A DNA stretch of 34,525 nucleotides from Elusimicrobiota bacterium (lineage in GTDB: Bacteria; Elusimicrobiota; UBA8919), in assembly GCA_003452965.1 (NCBI GenBank), contig DMMW01000010.1:1-34525 (forward strand), written 5' to 3'. The notes below the pieces were generated by a model. The model made no database searches, was not told the origin of the DNA, and worked only from the letters and a program-made list of their open reading frames with translations. This document shows positions 25,432-33,134 of the stretch, in pieces. The stretch's first letter is position 1, and each line of letters begins with the position of its first letter. Both the position numbers and the translations under genes were made by a program.

Positions 25432-26847
25432 ATGCGTAAAACAAAAATTATCTGTACTATGGGTCCGGCTTCAGAAAAACCCGTAACGATTGAAAAAATG
25501 ATAAAATCGGGAATGGATATTGCGCGTCTGAATTTTTCACATGGCAACCATGAAGAACATAGAGAACGTATCAACATTATACAAAAAGTATCAAATAAAT
25601 TGAGTAAAAACATAGGGATTATGCAGGATTTACAGGGTCCAAAGATTCGTATTGGCAAATTTAAACCGGGAATACAAAATATAATCCTACAACCTGGTGA
25701 GAAATATATTTTAACTACCGAAAATTGCCCAGAGGGAGATAAAAATAAAGTAAATGTAGATTATAAAGAACTACACAGATATCTTACTAAAAACGATAGA
25801 ATTTTTCTTGATGACGGCAAAATAGAACTATTAGTAAAGAAGGTTATAAATAGAAATATTGAGTGTGAAGTAGTTGTCGGTGGCGAATTATCAGAACGCA
25901 AAGGACTCTCTTTACCGGATAAGCATCTACCACAACCTGTGATTACTCAACAAGATATAAATGATTTGTATTTTGGCATGAAAATCGGAGTAAATTATGT
26001 TGCAGTATCTTTCACAAGAAAAAAAGAAAATATACTGAAAATAAGAAAGCTGCTTAGAAACAATAATAAGATATCGCTAATTGCTAAAATTGAGGATGCT
26101 GAAGGATTAAGTAATATTAACAGTATAATTGATGTATCTGACGGTATAATGATTGCACGTGGTGACTTAGGTGTATGCTTACCAAGAGCAGAAGTACCTC
26201 TAATACAAAAAGAAATAATTAGAAAATGCCGTAAATCAGGTAAACCGGTAATAGTTGCAACACAGATGCTTGATTCAATGACAACAAATCTTCATCCTAC
26301 TCGTGCAGAAGTGAATGATGTTGCTAATGGTGTGTTAGATGGGGCAGATTGTTTAATGCTTTCTGGGGAAACTTCTATAGGCAAATATCCTATAGAAACA
26401 GTCAGGGAAATGGGCGAAATCATTAACACAATAGAAAAATCCGCTGATTATCTGAAAACCCTAACTTCAGAAAATTTTTATCCACAAGAACGCGGATTAA
26501 TTCAAGGATTAAGTATAGCAATTGATAAACTTTCACAAGTTGACAATGCAAAAGCAATTATCTGTTTAACCAAAACCGGTAATACAGCTAAAATAATTTC
26601 ACAATATCGCCCGCAATTACCGATAATTGCTGTTACGGTAGATAAAACGATTGCAATGAAATTACTTGTCTATTGGGGGATAAAAGTTTTAATCGGTAAA
26701 AAAGTAAAAGATGTAGAACGGAATTATAACACTTTTGTCAGGCAAGTAAAAAGAGAAGGACTGGTTAATGAAAGTGGTATAGTAATTATTACAAGTGGAA
26801 TAAAAGAAAAACCATTTCTAGCAAATATTTCTGTAGTTGAAGTATAA
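25432..26847 (+). CDS. pyk: Pyruvate kinase
   Basis: MRKTKIICTMGPA, ARLNFSHG, MIARGDLG, ATQMLDSM and MLSGETS. Confidence 0.9.
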   Translation: MRKTKIICTMGPASEKPVTIEKMIKSGMDIARLNFSHGNHEEHRERINIIQKVSNKLSKNIGIMQDLQGPKIRIGKFKPGIQNIILQPGEKYILTTENCPEGDKNKVNVDYKELHRYLTKNDRIFLDDGKIELLVKKVINRNIECEVVVGGELSERKGLSLPDKHLPQPVITQQDINDLYFGMKIGVNYVAVSFTRKKENILKIRKLLRNNNKISLIAKIEDAEGLSNINSIIDVSDGIMIARGDLGVCLPRAEVPLIQKEIIRKCRKSGKPVIVATQMLDSMTTNLHPTRAEVNDVANGVLDGADCLMLSGETSIGKYPIETVREMGEIINTIEKSADYLKTLTSENFYPQERGLIQGLSIAIDKLSQVDNAKAIICLTKTGNTAKIISQYRPQLPIIAVTVDKTIAMKLLVYWGIKVLIGKKVKDVERNYNTFVRQVKREGLVNESGIVIITSGIKEKPFLANISVVEV

Positions 26848-27238
26848 GGGGGCTGGGACTATGCTCTTGACTTTTTATTGTAGTATGTCCCCCAAGGTCC
26901 ATAGTAAACAACGAATGGTATTTTGGGGAATACAATACCTAAATAACGTCAAAAAAAATGAAAAATCAATGAAAACACAACTAATTGCTGAAGCAAACGT
27001 ATGGTGGAAATTTGGTAAAAACTTTTCTTACATATCAAAAGAATTACAAAGGAATTGACCCTACCCCATTAAATTTTACTAATACTAAATCCTATCTAAA
27101 AATTACTTGACAATTTATGAATATTATTATAAGACATATATGTAATATAAATGATAGTATACACGGTAAATGCGAGCAAATAATAGCATACTCATAAGTA
27201 TCCTACTCGTGAGTATTCTAACTAAAAGGGTGCGGTTT

Positions 27239-27574
27239 ATGGAGCATAAATTCATAAATAGAAAATCTGAAATTGATTCATTAGAAAAAAAGTGGGAAGA
27301 GAAAAAAAGCCACTTGATTATTGTTTACGGCAAAAGGCGTGTAGGTAAAACGGAAATCATAAAACAGTTTATTAAAAATAAACCCTCTGTATATTTCTTG
27401 GCTGACAAACGGACTATAAACGAACAACTCAAAGAATTAGGCAGGTTATTCGGCGCTCATTTCAAAGATGCCCTACTTGAAAAGAACGGATTTACCGACG
27501 ATATGCTGAAACTGGCGAAACAAGAACGTGTTTACTTAGTCAACAAGAACGAATTGATTGAGATGCAAGAGTAA
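27239..27574 (+). pseudogene. Internally deleted ATPase of the Arch_ATPase + DUF234 type (N-terminal ~95 aa joined to the last ~30 aa)
   Basis: FINRKSEIDSLEKKW..HLIIVYGKRRVGKTEIIKQFIKNKPSVYFLA (Walker A) runs directly into GFTDDMLKLAKQERVYLVNKNEL, the typical extreme C-terminus of such ~450-aa proteins. Confidence 0.6.
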
Positions 27575-27624
27575 TAAGACAGTATAGGTCGCGACAGAGC
27601 AACAGTTTATAAGTTAAAGATTGA

Positions 27625-27891
27625 TTCGTTGCATTAGTATTTAAAGAAATTGGACGAGCTGACGAGATGGGGTCGGGTGTCAGGAAACTCTATAAATATT
27701 GTAAAATCAACTCGGGATTAAATCCCCAGTTGATAGAAGAGGATATATTTAAAATTATTATTCCATTAGATGAGCAAGTTGGTGAGCAAGTCCTAAAGAT
27801 ACTTAAATACTGTAAAATCTCAAGAAAGAAGCAAGAAATATCCGATATGTTATATCCCGACGAAGGAACGGAAATCTTTCACTTTATATGA
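27625..27891 (+). pseudogene. C-terminal fragment of a COG2865-type (HATPase_c_4 + wHTH) protein, paralogous to the 27961 gene
   Basis: FKEIGRADEMGSGVRKLYKYCKINSGLNPQLIEEDIFKIIIPL compares with QQAGSGTLEMLKQCKAKGLPEPDF in the intact neighbour. The open frame starts only at 27625, just after a stop. Confidence 0.5.
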
Positions 27892-27923
27892 TAAAAGATG
27901 AAAAACCAAAAAGACCCCGTTCC

Positions 27924-27951
27924 TTGATTTTTCACTGTAAAAGAGTATAAT
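27924..27951 (+). promoter_or_regulatory. Putative promoter TTGATT-16-TATAAT ending 9 nt before the ATG (near-leaderless transcript)
   Basis: TTGATT at 27924-27929 and TATAAT at 27946-27951, with the ATG at 27961 and no SD between them. Confidence 0.4.
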
Positions 27952-27960
27952 CAAATCATT

Positions 27961-29436
27961 ATGAAAAAGTATAAAATATTCGTGAGTGGTGTGCAGAAAG
28001 AACTCAAAGCAGAACGCCGGGCAGTGAAAGATTCGATTCTCGGTGATGTCTTGCTCTCCGAGTATTTTGACGTTTTCTTGTTTGAAGATTCACCGGCTAA
28101 AAGCCATTCAGCAGAAAAGGCATATCTTGAAGAAGTCCGTAAAGGCAATATCTATATCAGCATTCTTGGCGATAAATACGGCAGCACGGGCAAGAATAAA
28201 ATTTCTCCTACCGAAGCAGAATTTCGGGAAGCAAAAACCAAGCATAAAGACATTTTAATTTATATAAAAGGTGAAAACTCCGTTGATAAAAACCGTGAAG
28301 CAGGCGTACAGAAACTTATTAAGGAGATTAAAGATTCCAAGGTGGGTTATTGTTATCGCAGATTTAATTCCATCAGCGAATTAACCAACCTTGTTTATGA
28401 AAGTTTGATTGTCTTTTTAAAAGAGAAAGGAGAAGTCGGCAGAGCCGTATTTGACCAGCGGATATGCGACAGTGCGACTTTCTCCGATATTGACGATGAA
28501 AAAGTTAAGTGGTTTTTAAAAACAGCACGAGCCAAACGGAATTTTCCACTTGCTCTTGATTCTTCAACACAAGATGTTTTTACTCATCTAAAACTTTTGA
28601 AAGACGGCAAATTGACCAACGCCGCAGTTTTATTATTCGGCAAAGAACCGAGAAAGTTTTTTGACCAGGCAAAAATCAAATGTATTCATCTGCCAAGTAC
28701 CGAAGTAGAGAAACCGTTCACATCATATCAAATTTACGAAGGGAATTTATTTGAGCAGGTGGACAAGGCAGTTAGTTTTGTATTTGATATACTCAAATTC
28801 CCTGTTATTCAGCAGGAACATACTGTCCAGGTATCTCGGCCCCGTGAAATTCCAGTATTCGTGGTTCAGGAAGCCATCGTCAACGCAGTTGCTCACCGCG
28901 ACTATAACACGACGTCCTCTGTTCAGGTAATGGTATTTCTTGACCGAGTGGAAATATGGAATTCTGGGACTTTACCAGCCCACTTAAAAATAGAAGACCT
29001 CAAAAAACCACACGCATCTCACCCGACAAATACTTTATTAGCCACAGTAATGTTTTTTGCCGATTACATTCAACAAGCAGGTTCGGGAACATTGGAGATG
29101 CTCAAACAGTGTAAGGCAAAGGGACTTCCCGAGCCGGACTTCGTATCAGTGCGGAATCTTGAATTCAAAACAATATTAGCCAGAGATATTTTTACGGAAG
29201 AGGTCTTAAATAAACTGGGATTGAATGAACGCCAGTTAAAAGCAGTAAAATATGTAAAAGAAAAAGGCAGAATAACGAATAAAGAATATCAGTTAAATTT
29301 TGGTGTTAAGAAAAGACAAGCAACAGATGATTTAAAAGATTTAGAAAATAAAGAGGTCTTAATTAAGATTGGATCTACTGGAAGGGGAACATATTACAAG
29401 GTTAATGGGGCGATAATGGGGCGAAAGGGGCAATAA
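27961..29436 (+). CDS. Fusion protein: N-terminal DUF4062-like domain + COG2865-type body (HATPase_c_4-like) + C-terminal wHTH
   Basis: The N-terminus KIFVSGVQKELKAERRAVKDSI...GNIYISILGDKYGS matches my recollection of the DUF4062 pattern. The middle and C-terminal parts (LTNAAVLLFGKEP, VQEAIVNAVAHRDY, VEIWNSGTLP, AGSGTLEMLKQCKAKGLPEPDF) are typical of RecG-like/COG2865 putative regulators. Confidence 0.75.
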   Translation: MKKYKIFVSGVQKELKAERRAVKDSILGDVLLSEYFDVFLFEDSPAKSHSAEKAYLEEVRKGNIYISILGDKYGSTGKNKISPTEAEFREAKTKHKDILIYIKGENSVDKNREAGVQKLIKEIKDSKVGYCYRRFNSISELTNLVYESLIVFLKEKGEVGRAVFDQRICDSATFSDIDDEKVKWFLKTARAKRNFPLALDSSTQDVFTHLKLLKDGKLTNAAVLLFGKEPRKFFDQAKIKCIHLPSTEVEKPFTSYQIYEGNLFEQVDKAVSFVFDILKFPVIQQEHTVQVSRPREIPVFVVQEAIVNAVAHRDYNTTSSVQVMVFLDRVEIWNSGTLPAHLKIEDLKKPHASHPTNTLLATVMFFADYIQQAGSGTLEMLKQCKAKGLPEPDFVSVRNLEFKTILARDIFTEEVLNKLGLNERQLKAVKYVKEKGRITNKEYQLNFGVKKRQATDDLKDLENKEVLIKIGSTGRGTYYKVNGAIMGRKGQ

Positions 29437-29452
29437 AGGGGCGATAATGGGG
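29407..29452 (+). repeat. Five phased GGGG runs (~11-nt period; GGGGCGATAAT-type units) overlapping the gene's stop; canonical G-quadruplex motif
   Basis: GGGG at 29407, 29418, 29427, 29438 and 29449, with loops of 5-7 nt. The unit ggggcgataat occurs exactly twice. Confidence 0.9.
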
Positions 29453-29697
29453 CAGAGCATTTAAAAAGACAGTATGTTTTTCCGATATAAAAACAGGAAA
29501 GCGCATTGGTCTCGATAAAGGCGGCCACTGGATTATCCTTCGTAGCAATAATAAAGTGGGAAAAGTTGTAGAGAAATAAAAAGAAAAATGTAAAGCGTCC
29601 ACATTTTCCTAATACACAATATGACACACAGATAAAGAACCTAAAATTAGGATTATCATTTCAAAACATAGGTCCCAAAATGACATTTATACAAGAG

Positions 29698-29875
29698 TGA
29701 CCCCACCCCCGAAAACTGTACCAGTTGAAATTAGAGTTTAGAAATGGTAAACTAAACTCATGGGGGTATGGTTATGAAACAGGGCAGGTACAAGGAAGAG
29801 CAGATTATCGGGATATTGAAGGAAGCAGAAGCCGGCATAAAGATAGATAAATTATGCCGTAAATAAGGATTAAAT
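29698..29875 (+). mobile_element. Truncated IS3-family remnant: left end (TGACCCCACCCCC...) plus the first 30 codons of orfA
   Basis: MKQGRYKEEQIIGILKEAEAGIKIDKLCRK* (29774-29866) matches the conserved IS3 OrfA HTH N-terminus (..EEQIIGILKEAEAG....LCRK). A TGA-initiated terminal sequence lies about 75 nt upstream. No remainder of the transposase is present. Confidence 0.6.
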
Positions 29876-29881
29876 GAGATT

Positions 29882-32800
29882 ATGAGCAATCAATTTATAA
29901 CTAATCAGGAAAAACTACTGTCGGAAGTAATAAATAATATTCTCCCATCCACACAAAAGTTAAATATCTTGGTTGGATATTTTTATTTTTCCGGATTCCA
30001 GGAAATTTATAAAAATATAGCAGATAAAGAAGTTAAAATCCTCATTGGTTTAGATATTGAAAAAGATATTTTAAACAAAGTCAAAGAATTTGAACTAATT
30101 CAATCTATAAATCTTTCCCGAAGTCAAGTAAGAGATAATTTCAATAAATCGTTTATCCAATTATTTAACGATTCAGATTATTTTGATATTGAAGAAAAAC
30201 AAGAGGCATTCCGAATATTTCTTGAAAAAATTATAAACAAAACACTTGAAATTAGAAAAACCGTCCAACAAAACCATGCAAAATTATATGTTTTTGAAAA
30301 CAAGCCGGAACATAATCAGAACGGTGAATTCTTAGGAACAATAATTACCGGTTCAAGCAACTTAACCCGTTCAGGATTAAAAGGACAGCGTGAAATAAAT
30401 GTTATATTTCGTGACAATGGCAATTACGAGGAAGCACTCAAAATATTCAACGAACTTTGGAAGGATGAAAACTCGGTAGAAATAGTCGGTAAAACTACAA
30501 CGGACAGTTTTCTTATCGAAATAATAGAAAAAATCTGGATTGATAAACTTTACGATCCATATTTATTATATATTCGTGTCTTGGAAGAATATTTTTCATT
30601 TACTAAGAAAGAAGGTATCATTCTTCCTTCCGAAATTACAAAAAATAAATTCATGAATCTTAAATATCAGAATGACGCTATTTCGCAATCAATAGAAATT
30701 CTTAACCGGCACAACGGCGTTATCATTGCGGATGTTGTTGGATTGGGAAAAAGTATTATTGCTTCTGCAGTAGCCCATAACATGGGATTACGAACAATAA
30801 TTATCTCACCACCGCATCTAATAGGGCAATGGGATGATTATCATATTGATTTTGGATTTAACGCTAAAATATTCAGCAGCGGTAAAATACAGGAAGCATT
30901 AGAATATGATTTTGCATATAATGAGCCAAAATTAATTATTATAGATGAATCGCATAAATATCGCAACGAACTAAACATTGACTACGGATATTTACATCAA
31001 CTATGCCAGGGAAACAAAGTAATTTTATTAACCGCTACGCCATTTAACAACCAACCGCAGGACATATTTTCAATGATAAGATTATTTCAAATACCTGCTA
31101 GGTCCACAATACAAACAGTAGATAATTTATCATACAGATTTAAAGAACTTATCAAGGAATATAAAGAAATAAAAAAATCACAAATACAAAAAAAGTCGGA
31201 TATGAAAGATGAAATTAAAATATTGGCACAAAAAATCCGTGATATACTTGCTCCATTGGTTATTCGTCGGTCAAGATTGGACTTGGAAAAAATTAATGAA
31301 TACCGAGAAGACCTTAAAAAACAAGGGATATCATTTCCTGAAGTTAAAGATCCTACAATTTTAGACTATCCGCTTGGAAAACTTAGTATACTTTACGAAA
31401 AAACTCTTGAAAAAATTGTATCCACGGAAGACGAATCACAGGGCTTCATGGGAACAAGATATAAACCGACAAATTATCTTAAAGAAGAACACAAAAAACA
31501 AGTTGCTGATGAATTAGGTGTAAAAGAAGATTTACTTGTACAGGTACAAATAAACCTGTCAAAATTTATGCGTCGCCTATTAGTCAGGCGTTTTGAAAGC
31601 TCGGTAAAAGCATTTCACGATTCCTTGAACTCACTAATAAAATCATCCGAATACATGCGTGATTGGTATAATAAATTTGAGAGTGTTCCAATATACAAAA
31701 AAGGTGATTTGCCGGACATAGAAATCCTTGAACAATCCACCAGTGAAGATTTAGATGAAGAACTCCAGCAGATTACATTTGACGAGCAACTAAAAAAATA
31801 TTATGACAAAGGACTTAAAATAATAAAAAAAGAATGGCTAAAAGACACTTTCATTAAAGACATTGAAAAAGACATAAAACTACTAAAAGAAATACGTGCA
31901 GAATGGTTTAAAGACGGCATCAAACACGACCCGAAATTAGAATGTTTTGAAAAAGAAATAAAGCAACAACTAAAAAAAGAACCCAACAGAAAAATAGTTG
32001 TATTTACCGAATTTTCAGATACAGCAAACTATCTATACGAAAAACTCAAAAACAAATTGAAAATATTTAAATATACCTCCGCGGACTCAAGTGAAACCAA
32101 CAAAAAAATAATCAAAGAAAACTTTGATGCCGGTAATCCTATACAAAAAGACGACTACGACATTCTTATTGCTACCGATGCAATTTCAGAAGGCTTTAAC
32201 CTTCACAAAGCAGGTATTATATTCAACTATGACATCCCATACAACCCGACAAGAGTAATACAACGGGTAGGACGTATAAACCGCATAAACAAAAAAGTAT
32301 TTAATGAACTTTACATCTATAATTTCTTTCCAACGGCTACCGGTGAAGCAGAAACACGGATAAAAAAGATATCTACATTAAAAATTTCATTATTTAATGC
32401 TTTACTTGGTACCGACATAAAAGTATTAACCTCGGATGAAGAATTGGAATCCTATTACAAAAATGAATTTATAAAATCAATGGCAAATCAAGAAGAACTA
32501 TCATGGGATGTAAAATATCGCAATGAACTTGGAATATTGAAAAATAAACATCCAGATATATTACAAAAGGCAATGGCAGTTCCCCATCGTGCCCGCATTA
32601 GAAGAACAGAAAAGAAAGATACAGCTGGAGTCATTGTATTTGCGCGAAAAGGGAAAGAATACACGTTCAAACTTGGCATTTCAAAGGAAGATTATACAAC
32701 ATTAGGTCCTGAAACTGCACTAAAACTATTTGAATCAGAAATAACCGAAAAATCGGAAAAAATAAGTAAAAACTTTGAACCGATATACCAGCATGTAAAA

Positions 32801-33121
32801 AACAACCTATTCAACAAAAAAACCCAGGTATCTTTTGATAAAGGAAAAACCGAATCAATAAACAAATTAGAAGTATTACAAGAAAAGATTCCAGATAAAA
32901 AGGACTATTTCAACGATTTAAAATATATAATAAAAGAACTGGATGCATTACCTGAAAGATATGCTAAACAAATCCGTCAAATATCAGAAAAATCCCTTAA
33001 AAAAGATGTTGAAGAACTGCAAAAAGATGTATCGCAGAAATACTTAATAGAAATCATAGAAAAAGCACGAAGAATAGAAGATGAAGCAGAAAGCTTAATA
33101 CTCACAGAAGAACTGATATAA
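29882..33121 (+). CDS. PLD-family (single HKD) nuclease domain fused to an SNF2/SF2 helicase
   Basis: LNILVGYFYFSG and HAKLYVFEN...GSSNLTRSGL (HxK...GSxN). Helicase motifs are DVVGLGKS (I), IIIDESHKYRN (II), LLTATPFNN (III), TDAISEGFNL and QRVGRINR (VI). The ~250-aa C-terminal tail is uncharacterised. Confidence 0.85.
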   Translation: MSNQFITNQEKLLSEVINNILPSTQKLNILVGYFYFSGFQEIYKNIADKEVKILIGLDIEKDILNKVKEFELIQSINLSRSQVRDNFNKSFIQLFNDSDYFDIEEKQEAFRIFLEKIINKTLEIRKTVQQNHAKLYVFENKPEHNQNGEFLGTIITGSSNLTRSGLKGQREINVIFRDNGNYEEALKIFNELWKDENSVEIVGKTTTDSFLIEIIEKIWIDKLYDPYLLYIRVLEEYFSFTKKEGIILPSEITKNKFMNLKYQNDAISQSIEILNRHNGVIIADVVGLGKSIIASAVAHNMGLRTIIISPPHLIGQWDDYHIDFGFNAKIFSSGKIQEALEYDFAYNEPKLIIIDESHKYRNELNIDYGYLHQLCQGNKVILLTATPFNNQPQDIFSMIRLFQIPARSTIQTVDNLSYRFKELIKEYKEIKKSQIQKKSDMKDEIKILAQKIRDILAPLVIRRSRLDLEKINEYREDLKKQGISFPEVKDPTILDYPLGKLSILYEKTLEKIVSTEDESQGFMGTRYKPTNYLKEEHKKQVADELGVKEDLLVQVQINLSKFMRRLLVRRFESSVKAFHDSLNSLIKSSEYMRDWYNKFESVPIYKKGDLPDIEILEQSTSEDLDEELQQITFDEQLKKYYDKGLKIIKKEWLKDTFIKDIEKDIKLLKEIRAEWFKDGIKHDPKLECFEKEIKQQLKKEPNRKIVVFTEFSDTANYLYEKLKNKLKIFKYTSADSSETNKKIIKENFDAGNPIQKDDYDILIATDAISEGFNLHKAGIIFNYDIPYNPTRVIQRVGRINRINKKVFNELYIYNFFPTATGEAETRIKKISTLKISLFNALLGTDIKVLTSDEELESYYKNEFIKSMANQEELSWDVKYRNELGILKNKHPDILQKAMAVPHRARIRRTEKKDTAGVIVFARKGKEYTFKLGISKEDYTTLGPETALKLFESEITEKSEKISKNFEPIYQHVKNNLFNKKTQVSFDKGKTESINKLEVLQEKIPDKKDYFNDLKYIIKELDALPERYAKQIRQISEKSLKKDVEELQKDVSQKYLIEIIEKARRIEDEAESLILTEELI

Positions 33122-33134
33122 TGAAGTATAATTT

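Noticed and set aside
22385-26892. Shared 14-mer tgtagtatgtcccc at 22385-22398 and 26879-26892, as possible direct repeats bounding a 4.5-kb insert
   Set aside because: In a 34.5-kb window, roughly one or a few exact 14-mer coincidences are expected by chance. The enclosed genes (glgP-like, pyk) are housekeeping and compositionally host-like.
26837-27058. 73-aa ORF overlapping the pyk stop. It includes MKTQLIAEANVWWKFGKNF, faintly reminiscent of the N-terminus (..NPWW..) of AAA_14/DUF4143 ATPases.
   Set aside because: It has no RBS, it starts inside pyk, and the resemblance is only a few residues. At most it is another tiny gene fragment, and that cannot be supported.
29394-29627. Two overlapping minus-strand ORFs (77 and 66 aa) across the G-tract and the downstream spacer
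   Set aside because: They are antisense to the gene end and the G4 repeat, and have no motifs or RBS. Their composition is driven by the repeat.
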